Program-made: the position numbers and the translations under genes
The notes under the pieces: generated by a model
The model's database searches: none
What the model was told of the DNA's origin: nothing
The model's input: the letters and a program-made list of their open reading frames with translations, nothing else
Assembly (NCBI GenBank): GCA_051362555.1
Contig: CM120647.1
Location: forward strand, 15,786,651 to 15,850,650
Direction: 5' to 3'
From: Lingula anatina
Taxonomy: Eukaryota > Animalia > Brachiopoda
DNA: 64,000 bases
Shown: piece after piece, positions 11,274 to 23,023 of the stretch
Layout of the letters: each line of letters begins with the position of its first letter
How positions within the stretch are numbered: position 1 is the first letter of the stretch

Positions 11274-14233
11274 CTACTCTTATTTCAGCTGAGTTTCCAA
11301 TGTGGTGGCCTTTTGTTGTGAACTTGAACTCGTACGGAGACAGAGCTTACGCCGCCAATGAACCAGTGGGCACAGTAGGTTTGTCGGTAATAGAGCCAGG
11401 ATGCGCCGAGTTTAACGGAACCGGTAAGGGGATGTCTTCTTTATTTACCTAGATAAGATTTTATAAATCCAATTATAAGATAATTAATTCTTTTTTTCCA
11501 TAAAATTGTAAAATATTTATTTCCGATACAATAATTAACTACAACTTTACTTTCAAGGCGGACTTCAGATTCCGTACTTTCAAAACATGCGTCCAAGGTC
11601 GAGCTGGGTGACTGCTGCTGTCTTCAATAGACCCGTGCCCCAGGATGCTGTTATCCTCTTCAGGTGCTTTACCATCTTCATAAACGGTGATGAAGTCTCA
11701 GCGTCTGTAGTAGTCCAGAACCCCTTGGGCGAGGAGCAGACTCTTACTGTCTCAGTTACTGTAAGTTTATTCACTTAGGCTTCGTTCACATGGAAAGTCT
11801 ATTTTTCTAAAAATCTATTTTCTATTCGCGGTATCTTATGATCTCGGTCTGTGCCCTGAATATCCCGCGGCGTAATTACTGGCAGCGCGAGCCAGTTACT
11901 TATACAAAGCTGTAATTAATTCTCGGCTGTGCTCGCATTCTATAAAATCTCATCTCCGTTGCCGCATCGCTTGCCATCGGATCATGACGGTTGCACTCGT
12001 ATCTGTCGTGTGTATAGCTTCTTCATCTCCTTCGTCTTGTTGTTGCACAAAATCGACAAACACATTTTTTAAAGCAACCGCGACCGCCATTAACTTTCTA
12101 ACTTCCTACTGCGCATGCGTCAGGGTATCAGAATCTCCTCCGAGCACAGCCGAGAATTCATTAAAGCTTTGGAATTAACTGGCTCGCGCTGCCAGTAATT
12201 ACGCCGCGGGATATTCAGGGCACAGACCGTGATCACAAGATATACCGCGAATAGAAAACAGATTTTTAGAAAAAAGACTTTCCATGTGAATGAAGCCTTA
12301 TTCCATTTAATGAATTTTGTTATGTCTTTGTAGTTCGTTTATTAGTAAAATAAATCGTCCAATTTGCAAAGTATTGATTCACTGTAATAATAGCAATTTA
12401 ACTGGTCAGGTCAGGTGTCATAGCCCCAGGTCAGGGGCCTTAACCTCATGTTAGGGGCCATAGCATCAGGCCAGGGATCATATCCTCGTGTGAGTACATT
12501 CATTCACTTATTTATTAAGTCTTTGGTAGGGCATTAGTGCAGTATGAACTCTGTTGTGTACAAGAATGGGTGGAACAGAAATAAGTAGGTAAATGATTTG
12601 ATGATTAAGTCTCATAGGTAAATAGCTGATTTAATAATTTGTAATCAGTATGAACAATCGTGTATTATTGCAGGCACCAGGGGCTGGATATATAGGCGTG
12701 ATCGTGACATGGGACGGCAAGACCATAACCCTCACAGTATACGCCGGCGGCGCCGTGTACCAGGACTCTGCTACAGTACCAGATGGTAAGCAAGGTCTAA
12801 GCATTGAGTTATATCTTAAATGTACTATGTCACATCTTATATAAGTTAACGGAGTTGCTCATGGACTAAGGGACTGGTATACCTACATACAGGCATATGT
12901 AATTCACTAACTATAACGAAAAATAACTTAACTACTAGTACATGTACTAAACAACCATCTCTTTACTGCAAACAACTGACATATTTGGATCGTTATCTGC
13001 AAAGAAATATACAGCTTTTTGTAAAATTGCTCTGTTATTGATAATGATATCGATGTTAAAAATCTGAAGAAATGAAGAGCATTCTGTAAATGGATCAGGT
13101 TATTTCAGATTGTCTTGTGGAAAGGCACCATTGCACCTCCAGTGGATCAAATGTAAAATGGGAAATAAAAATTGTAGCATGTACCGGCAAAATTTACAAC
13201 TTTTCAATTATGTTCGTTTATTTAAATAAGCGCAACAGGCCTTTGCTTTTACGCAATCGCAAAGTGCAACCCCTACTCCTACCACGGATTTTGAAATTGT
13301 ACCTACTGTAAATCATACATCTTGGTCTATATACAGAATTTTACTCCTCACGAACTTACAACATTGGTCAAAAAGGTTCAAAAAGGTTATCTGTAATAAA
13401 AAGCACTATTTCTAACAATTTACAGCTGTGAGGTGATCATTTGTAAATAAAAGTACATGGAAATGGGGGTGGGACAACCTTTTTGACCAGTGTTGTATAG
13501 TCCACGATTCAAAATGGTCTTTTTTGTACATTATTCGACTACTTGACAAAGGGGTTTACATTGTGATTTTGGAATCTAACAGTGAAACAAGCACAAAAAA
13601 TGATTGAACCGTGACTTGCCGACATCTATTGATTTAAAACTGTTCCTCCCATCCTTCGATTTTTATTAAACTTAAAAAACGAAGCATGGGAGAGAAATAT
13701 TACCGAACGAAACGTCAAAAATTAAGAATCTGCAGAAGAAATTGCAGTCCGCCAAATCCAGATAAATGCAAAACCTTAATCCGAATCAAAGTTAATTTCA
13801 ATTAAAGAAGTTGGAAGGAACCTGGACAAGTATGTCTACGCAACTTGAGAAAGATCTCATCCAAATTCAAATTGCACAGACATTTAAATTAGCTTTCCCA
13901 TATAAATATAGAAAGTGCTTGAATTGCGTGTTAACAGACAGGCTAGAGCGATTTCAATAAATATAAACAGGCCCTGGCCAATTCCCAATCTACGGGACCT
14001 TTTTGAAACTAAATTATTTGTAAGCTTGCTGCTGCTAATATATTTCAACATGCTATTTCAGACCCCGACAACGATTTTATATGGTCCATTGTTTGTGAGC
14101 CACAAGAGCCTTTATTCGTCGGCCACGTACCACCCAAATACAGCGTACCAGGTCTCCCAGGAAGCTATTCTGGCAATATTTGTTTGGTAAGCACTGGTAT
14201 ATACATTACTTTTCGCACATCATCATGGTTGAT

Positions 14234-14300
<67 letters not shown>

Positions 14301-14681
14301 TTGCGGGGGAGCACGCGAATCAAAAATAACCCACAGTAATGCAAGAAAGATATATAAACTAGGTAGACTAGGAGGGTTTCATTATTATACTTACCAGTAT
14401 GGCCCATGGTTGAAGACATATTTTGGTTTTGTTGCGTTTTGCTGTTCATAGCGTATTTTGCTACAGAGAAAATTCTCCTAAGTTAAGATGGGGTGGTTAA
14501 ATGACACGTGGCCAACTACGCCTGATGAAAAATAAGAATATGAGGGATGGTTAAGGGTATGTGCTCTTTTTTACCTCTACTCATCTATTTTCAGCTCTTC
14601 TTTACCGACAAATTGTATCCTAACGCCGACGCTGTCAAAGCTGATATGCAGATTGACTACTATGGACCACCGTGGTCATAA
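7815..14681 (+). CDS. Array copy B: secreted chitin-binding-type-2-like + LamG-like (Pif-like) protein, 401 aa; exons 7815-7878, 8078-8362, 8915-8965, 10279-10422, 11289-11423, 11558-11760, 12674-12785, 14062-14186, 14595-14681
   Basis: All junctions GT-AG, spliced length 1206 nt and open; signal peptide MKIIIVCLALLGATYA; C..G.AYVAD.DC.YYWQC..CPIGTLW..C motif; PPPVPTT linker; AEFNGTGGLQIPYFQN LamG-like motif. Confidence 0.88.
9293..9883. mobile_element. Probable degenerate non-autonomous DNA element in intron 3 of copy B
   Basis: Not seen in paralogous introns; TAG...CTA ends and internal GCCATTTT repeats; no convincing TIR or TSD. Confidence 0.3.
11778..12297. mobile_element. Harbinger-type MITE in intron 6 of copy B
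   Basis: ~155-bp near-perfect TIRs starting GGCTTCGTTCACATGGAAAG; TTA TSD at 11775-11777 and 12298-12300; absent from paralogous introns. Confidence 0.85.
12403..12490 (+). repeat. ~20-bp minisatellite (AGGTCAGGGGTCATAACCTC consensus) in intron 6; paralogous arrays at ~21085-21122, ~31590-31710 and ~36445-36585
   Basis: Directly visible degenerate tandem units in the same intron of copies B, C, D and E. Confidence 0.75.
13359..13495. mobile_element. Small Tc1/mariner-type MITE
   Basis: TIR CAACATTGGTCAAAAAGGTT / AACCTTTTTGACCAGTGTTG with TA on both sides. Confidence 0.65.
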
Positions 14682-17600
14682 TTATTGGCTATCGATAATG
14701 ACGACAGACCCCCAGCAAAGAGAGAAACGGCGATAATCGCGTCCCGCAGAGAGAACATCTTTATGTATAAAACAGGACTCTTAAGTTCCAATGATGATTT
14801 TGATAATCGGATGTAGAACTTAATTCCTGAAAAAAAAAACGTGGTCGTGTTTGACACGTTTCTTGTTGCTGGAAAGAAATGAATTTACGATTATGATGTC
14901 TTAACTTGTTCCCGTAGTACAAAAGAAATAAAATCCTGTGCTAAATGCAGAGATTCTGAATAAACCTTAGAAGCAATTCAAAATTTAGTTTGTATACTTT
15001 GATTTTTGTGCAGTGTCTGTGTTAAAAGGAAAGAGAGGTTTAGTTTCTGAATTATTTTAAAATAGCTCTTACTCTACGTTTCTATTATTATTATTATTAT
15101 TATTATTATCATTATTATTATTTTGTGTACAGTTTGTGTCTGGTTTGTGTGAGAAAGATTAGTTTTATTCGGCAGCACCGAGACACTGTATTTGTTGATG
15201 TCGCCAAAAAAGGGAGCATTTCTCATCCAAACAATACCATTAACAATACAGTACATTTCAAATATTTTGTCAAACTCTTCCACTGTCATCTCAATACTAC
15301 GCTTTCTCGTAAAATTACAACATCATTTTTAACCAGTAAGTTGCAAGAAAAAATTGATGCTGAAAATTCATTGAATTGTTCTTTTTTATTTATTTATTTA
15401 TTTATTTATTTTTCTATTGCCTAAAGACAAAGATTGCTTCTTGCAAAGTAGCGTTCGCGTCCTTTGGTGTTACCCCGTACTACCTTGCAGACCCTGCCAT
15501 ATTCGATATCTATTCCTTAGCAGAATAAACACAGGGAGTAACACGTTCAGGTTTGGGCCTATCATGAAGCACACTTATTTGAAAATCTCTGTTTTTCGAA
15601 ATTATTCAAAAATAAAACATACTGATGGTGTACGTCAGATGGAAAAAGCAGGGAGTCAATTAAGGGTGGTACTGCACAGCAAACATGCACAATCTGTTAC
15701 ATGAGATTTTGCAACGAGTTTACAATGATTTTAGTTTATATATATCTGGAAATTGATCCTAACATTTAAACAAAAAAAAACGCAGTTCACATTTTACCTT
15801 ATTAAAGGCGTTCTGAATAAATGGACACGAGGTAAACAAAACTAGTACTGTCAAATTAACATTCATACACTCTTGCTATAATTATATGGAACGTTTTTGA
15901 AAATTTATGATTTGATATTCATTTTTGATTTCAATGTGACAGTTGTCAAAAGAAATCTGATATATAACTGTCTTAAACAGAGAGGCTATAATGAGTAGCA
16001 AAAGTGAAAATGAATTACATTCATTTGATGCAGCAAAGAAATTTTAAGAACACTTTCACCGATCTTGATACTGGACCTGGTGATTCGGCGGCAATGTTTG
16101 TTATGAGAATAGATGTGGTAGCAAGAAGAAGAGCTAACTAGTCGACAATGTACCGAAATTTGCACACATTTACTTGCACAACTGGTACTACACAAAGGTG
16201 TCTTTTTTAAACAAAGAGATTTTCATTTTTCAGTGGATATAGAAAAAGTAACTGAAATTTACCTGTCAAATTTCTTAAGATTTCAACAGAGAATTGACAG
16301 CTGTGACAGGCTTTACAACCTTTTATCCATCAGGTTTGAGGTTTGCTGGTTCTGTTTTATTTGTTCGGATGGTGCACGGTATATATACATTTTCACAAAA
16401 ATGAATTTATCAATGGCACTAAGCATTTAAACAAGCCATGTATCATGAAACAATTAATACTAGCACCATTAATCTAATTGACGCATGCACAGTCTATCCT
16501 AGCTTCTCTCCTAGTTATATGTGATGATATAATCACCCATGGTTTCAAAACAGTTCGTCGGCAATATATTATATCTTAAAAAGCATACATTAGCATTTTC
16601 ATTAGCATCAATTATGCAATATTGGCTGTCGTATGCATTTTAGTAAGGGGAGGGGGGCTAAATTGTTCGAAGCAGTTAAAGGGATAATAACTCTTCGCTT
16701 TGGCCAAAAAATGAATTTTCCTGGAGTAAACAACAATTTCCCCGTACTTACCAATGGTTAATGAATCCATTTTCACATTCAAAGTTAGTCCCTTGTTTTT
16801 TCTAAAAAGTAGTTTTTTGTTTGTTATAAATTCTTAAGAGATTATAACAGAGTATAGCCATCAATAGAGGTCACGTGGTCTAAAGACAAGCTCAGATATC
16901 AGAATAATAGCTATAACTGCCGTTTTTCTTGTACAACAGTATATATAATATTTCTATGAGTTGTTCACAATGTTTTTATTGTGAAATATAGATCTCATAC
17001 GAAGAGTTATTATCCCTTTAATCGTAAAATCTGAATTTCAATGGTAAATTTAAAAAACTTGACTACAACAGACTCAATTTAATCTAAGACACGTTATTTT
17101 TAATATGATTTTATCAATTCAAGAGGATCCTCATTTATCTTTTCTTAAATGGTTTACACAAAAGGGTGTTTTTGTGTTCCACCCTTCCCGGCCTTCATTA
17201 CTCTGAAATTAACAATTTAAATTGGTTTCAATCGCCCTTGTTTATCGTTTGGCAACCAAAGAGACATAACCAGTGATAAAACAACGCTCTTAGTATCGCG
17301 AATCTAAGATTTCCCCCGCTTGAGTTGGCAGGGGAGAAGGATAAAAGAAGCGAGAGGCAGCGTTGGGCGTCTCACTGCTTCCTACCGTTGGCAGGTTTGC
17401 AGGTAAGGTAAGAGACATATAATAAGGCCAGTCAGTTTGTAGTCTCAACCATAAGCTTATCATTTTCATGGTATCTACTCGGTTTTGCTTTTCGGGAGAT
17501 AAATGTAAGACGTTCGTGTATGGGCGGTGGAAAGGGACGGATAAAAAGGAATGTATTTTTTTTTCTCGACTGACTATTGCAAATCCCTTTACCACACATT

Positions 17601-17860
17601 CTCTTGATAAAAGAGTGGACAATTTCAACAGGAGGTTATTTACTGTATTCATCATTACATATGAGAGAGCTACATGAGTTACATTAACCAACCTGATTTA
17701 ATTTTTTTATTCAATAGAATGTTTTTTATCTAGAAATATTTATGAATGATACAAATATTTGCTTTTCAGTTCACAATGAAGATCATTCTAGTGTGCCTAG
17801 CTCTGCTAGGCGCCACCTACGCTCATTTACCTATTGGTAAGTTTTAAAGAACCAGTAAAC
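14595..17860 (+). repeat. Segmental duplication, unit 1 (last exon of B, intergenic DNA, first exons of C); partner ~22514-26030
   Basis: Long near-identical non-coding blocks, e.g. 15740-16100 vs 23550-23910 and 17020-17700 vs 25190-25860. Confidence 0.9.
16680..17017. mobile_element. Kolobok-like non-autonomous element
   Basis: TIR AGGGATAATAACTCTTCG / CGAAGAGTTATTATCCCT; TTAA TSD; the paralogous site near 25185 is empty (GCAGTTAATCGTAAA). Confidence 0.85.
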
Positions 17861-19074
17861 CTTTGTATCGATGTTATCATGATCAATAATTGTTTTTATT
17901 GCCACGATTTTTTATGCATTTGGAGGACATGCGATCACGATAGAAAAATATTAATGAATTTTAACAACATTTATTTTCATTCGAAAAACACATTCTAAAA
18001 CAATAAAGATAGAACATTCTTTTTTTCCAGAGGAAGTTGAGAAACGATGCCTGGTTGACAAACCGGACGTGTCACAAGGTGTCGCCTACGTCGCGGACAC
18101 AGACTGCGCCTATTTCTGGCAGTGTGATTTCGCCTACACCCTACTGAAGAATATCACCCTCAAAAAATGTCCCATCGGAACGCTGTGGGTCACCATCGGG
18201 ATTCTAGCATCCCCACCAGCACCCGGTCAAGAACCAGTGGTTTGTGTCAACTGCGAGTTGCAGCCCGACCCTGTGTGTCATGTAAAGTACCCCCTCGGGT
18301 CGAAACAGTGCCCGTATCGTATGTATCGCTTTATGGTACTTTTAATGCTATGTTTCAGAAACGCTGTTGCCTCACATATATTGCACTGGTTAATATGTAC
18401 CAATTTTTATCGGGCTTTTTTTAAGTTTAATAAATATATAAAGAAGTAAAAGAAATAAATAAGCTGGATTACCAAACTGATACCTGCTGGTAGCGAGTAA
18501 ATTTATCCAATGCTAACGAAAAAGGGCTTGTGTTTTTTTTTTTTTTTTTTTTTTTTTTCATTTTATTTATTTATTTATTTAATTTTAGAAATATGATATT
18601 ATTGTCATGAATTTTTAAGATATACAGTTCTTAAAAATGATTGTGCAAATTTTAGCTATATTCGGGTTTCTTAGTCACTTTGAAGACATTTAATCTGATA
18701 ATTGTAACATCAACAGTCTTCTTTAAGCTTTCATATTGCATTGTATTATATCACATTTAATTATATTACTGTATATTTCAGACCCACCGCCTGTACCTAC
18801 TACAACGGAAAAACCACCTCCGCTTGGACCGAGTAAGTTTATATAGTTACCATAAGTTGATACTCCAGTGAAAGATAACTTCGTTACTTTAAAAATGCAG
18901 AACTCTGCAAATCTTTCTTTGAAAAAACAAATCAAGAAAGACAAGGTACATTACCTTCTTACCTCCAAACAGCACAGAAAGCTAAGGCATAGCCAGTGAA
19001 ATCTGAGTGTACCAAAATTCAGTCCGAACGTTATGAAAACAAAAAAATCCTTTAATCAAACTTTAAGAGGTCAG

Positions 19075-19111
<37 letters not shown>

Positions 19112-22100
19112 TCTAATTGCATGTCCTTTTTTCAAGTAAATATTTTAATTTGTAAATTTCATTCTCATTCATTTTCTGTATAGCTTCAACCTTTTGCTTG
19201 CTATACGTTTTAATATAATTATTATTATTATAAAATCCAGAAAATTACGAATCACCGCGAATAATGACAGCGTTTCACGAAGTGCGGCAAATAAAAAGCC
19301 GCATTTGAGAGTCACGGGAATAAGGTGCTTCACTGATCACACTCAATAGAATAAACGTTTCACTCATTTCGAAACAAAACGTTGCTTCGCGGGTAACGAA
19401 AATATTCAGTAGGACCCTCATTACATGGTGAAATGTGACAGAGAGTCCCCCATAACAGAGAGTCCACTTCCCATTCATTTGTACAAGTGAGCCTCGCCAA
19501 AGATTTGGACCCACTTAAGACAAACTAACCCTAACCATTGTATCTATATGGAGGGCGGACTTTCTGTTACACAGACCCTCAGTTTCACCGCACCATGATA
19601 ACTCTGATGCACATGTATGTCGTGGATGACATCACTGACGGTTTTAACTGGAGAAGATCTGTTAGAAACATGGACATGTATTGGGGTTATACACATACAT
19701 TATCGGTAGCTAGAAATATTATTTTACATTTTTGGATGGTGATCGTTGCATTTATTCCAGAACGATGTACACTCAGACCTCAGAATTTGGAGTTCCAAGA
19801 AATTGTAGGAGAAGTAAGCAAAATTTGGTACCTGGGAGCAAACCAAACGTATGACTGCGGGCATCTTCCTTTTAGCTTTCACAAATGTGGTTGCCTCGCG
19901 GCAAGTAAGTTGTGCGAATATGTATTTCATCGAGTAAAAGCATCGATAATGTATAGTATTATCAATATTGGAACATAACTACTACCTTTACAGCTTTTCG
20001 TTTTAATGTGGAATTAGAGAAAAAAATATCCTCACTGGTTGTCATTATACACTTCAGCTTCACATAATACCTTAAGGCACATATATCTAATATATGCCCA
20101 CGAAGGAGATCGTTGCCATCGACATTAAACCAATGACACGGTACAACTAACAACAGTGACAACAGTAATTGACTGTTGTCATTTTATTGAGAACTGGTCA
20201 TTCAGTTGCTCTCTTGAGTGATTTTAAAATTAAATTAAATATATATACTCCGCATCTCTATTCACGCTGTTGTTTGGATAATTTTATAACAACAGCAGCG
20301 ATTCTATTATATGTAAAAATTGTTGTGAGACTATAAAATAATTTTATTTCTTCTAATATTGCAGAAGAGTTTCCAATTTCCTGGAATTTTGTGGTGAACT
20401 TGAACTCGTACGGAAACAGGATTTACGCCGCCAACGAACCAGTGGGCACTGTAAAATTATCTGGTGATGGCTGCGCAGTGTTTAACGGATCAGGTATGAT
20501 TTTATTAATCAAAAGATAAGGTGTATGATGAAGTTGTTTTATTACTTAACTAATCTATTTTATTTGTCTACCTGATACCTGACATACCCCATAAAAGACC
20601 GTACCGATAAAAGTTTTATTATGTTCATAATATTGTATAAGATTTATTTTTATATAATCGTGTCAGTTTTCAGTTGATTTGAACAATTGATCTCTACAGT
20701 TTGAACTCTTCTTTTCAAGGCGGACTTCAAATTCCATACTTTAAGAACATGCGTCCTAGAACAAACTGGGTAACTGGTGTTGTGTTCAACAGGCCCAAGA
20801 AGCAGAATGCCACTATTCTTTACCAGTGTATTTCCATTTACATAGAAGGTGATGAAGTCTCAGCTGCTGAAGTAGTCCAGAACCCCTTGGGCGAGAAGCA
20901 GACCCTGAATGTCTCAGTTACGGTATGTTTATCCAGAATTTTATTTGATTGTGTTTTATATTTTGTTGTTCCTTTCATAAGTTTAATTTCCAAAGTAGTG
21001 ATTGATTGTATTAACTGTTATAGACACCCGATATTTTCACGAAGACTTTACCTGCCTTTGTCTCCGGTGTGACTCAATGACGCCCGTCAGGGGTCATAAC
21101 CTCAAGTCAGGGGTCATAACCTTGTGGGAGTACATTCATTATCTTTCTTTTTTAGTTTTTCCATTTATGAAAACACTCGAAATCTTGTGCAACGCATGGA
21201 TTAAACGATAAATAAATTAACATATAAATCCCAAAGGTAAATGATTGGTTAGATATTTATGTAATGCTGTGCATCAGTACAAAAAGTCGTGCATTATTGC
21301 AGGCACCTGGGGCTGGGTACATAGGAGTGATCGTGATATGGGACGGCAAGATCTTAACCCTCACCGTATACGCAGCCGGCGCCGTGTACCAGAACTCCGC
21401 TGCAGTAGCAATTGGTAAACAAGGTTGAACCATTCGGATTGATCTTAAATGTCATATCTCATGCTACTGTATAGCGAAGTTATACCAAGGAATTGCTATA
21501 GCTATAATAAACTAAATATAACTAATATAAACTTAACTAGTAATCAATCATCGGTTTACTGGGTTAACTGACATACTTATGTTGTAATCTGCAGAGAAAT
21601 GTGAAGGTTTTTTTTTCTGAAATTACTCAACTATATTAGCTACGAAGTTTAATTTGAAGAAAGAATTAGATATTGGGGTGGTACGGATTAGCACTAAAAC
21701 CCACTCCGCGTCAAAGCTACACTGGTAGTAAGACCTATTGGCACACACACTGGATCTCTTGCTGCATTGGATCGAAGGGTGTGTTGTAGATTTTTAAACA
21801 TATAATCAGTTATATCTTTCTCGAAAGTGTGCCAAAGCACATTCGATGACTATTCTCTCAAGTCGTTGGTGGAGGTTTTCACTATCTGTGTGCATTTCTA
21901 GTTACTATTATTATTATTATTATGAACTGCACATAGACTATAGAACCATTTTACTTGTGTTATGTTTATCAGGGCTAACGTTTCACCATGTTATTTCAGA
22001 CCCCGACAATGATTACACATGCTCGATCGTTTGTTTACCACAACAGCCTCTGTTTGTCAGTTACTATCCCTTAGACGACCCCCCTCCGTGGCCTGGGCCT

Positions 22101-22597
22101 GGGGTATGGCCAGGGCCATGGCCATATGCAGGTCTCCCTGGAAGCTATTCTGGCAATATTTGTTTGGTAAGTATATGTATTTACCTTATACCCTTGTAGG
22201 TGAGGATCCATTTTTTTTTTTTTTTTTGGGGGGGGGGGAGGAGGGGAGCAGGGATCAAAATAACCCACGGTGATACAAAAGAGATATAAAACAGGAAACT
22301 TGAAGAGTTTTACAATGATGTGTTCTGATATGGCCCACTGTTGAAGACATATTTTGGTCGTCACGTTTTGGTGTTCATAGTGTATTTTGCTCCGGGGAAG
22401 TACTTTCGAAGTTAAGGTGGGAAGATTAATTGGCATATGGCCCACTGATATCAATCAATATGCCTGATGAGAAAAAAGTCAACTTTTTTTAAACATTATT
22501 CATCTTTTTTCAGCTATTCTTTACCGACGAAGTGTATCCTAACGCCGATGCTGTCAAAGCTGATATGCAGCTTGGTTACTTTGGACCATCGTGGTAA
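17776..22597 (+). CDS. Array copy C, 412 aa; exons 17776-17836, 18031-18318, 18782-18832, 19761-19904, 20365-20493, 20720-20922, 21303-21414, 22000-22166, 22514-22597
   Basis: GT-AG junctions, 1239 nt open, same exon phases and motifs as B; carries a PPPWPGPGVWPGPWPY insert in exon 8. Confidence 0.88.
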
Positions 22598-22990
22598 TAA
22601 TATTGGCTATCGGTAATGACGACAGACCCCCAGCAAAGAGAGAAACGGCGATAATCGCGTTCCGCTGAGAGAACATCTTTATGTATAAAAGAGGGCTCCA
22701 ATGATGATTTTTGATAATCGGAAGTAGAACTGGATTCCTGAATAAAAAAAACGTGATCGTGTTTGACACGTTTCTAGTTGCTGGAAAGATGTGATTTTAC
22801 GATTATAATGCCTTCCACTTATTGTTCCCGAAGTAAAATGTATCAAAATAAAAAAGATTGTTTTAACATGTATTAAAATAAACTTTGGAAGTATTTTAAA
22901 ATATAGTTTGCGTTATGCAGTGTGTGTGTTGAGAGGGGAGCGAGATTTAGTCTGTGAAACATTTTAAAATAGCTCCTACTGTACGTTTCG

Positions 22991-23023
<33 letters not shown>

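Noticed and set aside
17290-17691. Duplicated 133-aa - strand ORF (also 25457-25858)
   Set aside because: Antisense to the promoter and first intron of C and D; its identity reflects the recent duplication and it shows no protein features.
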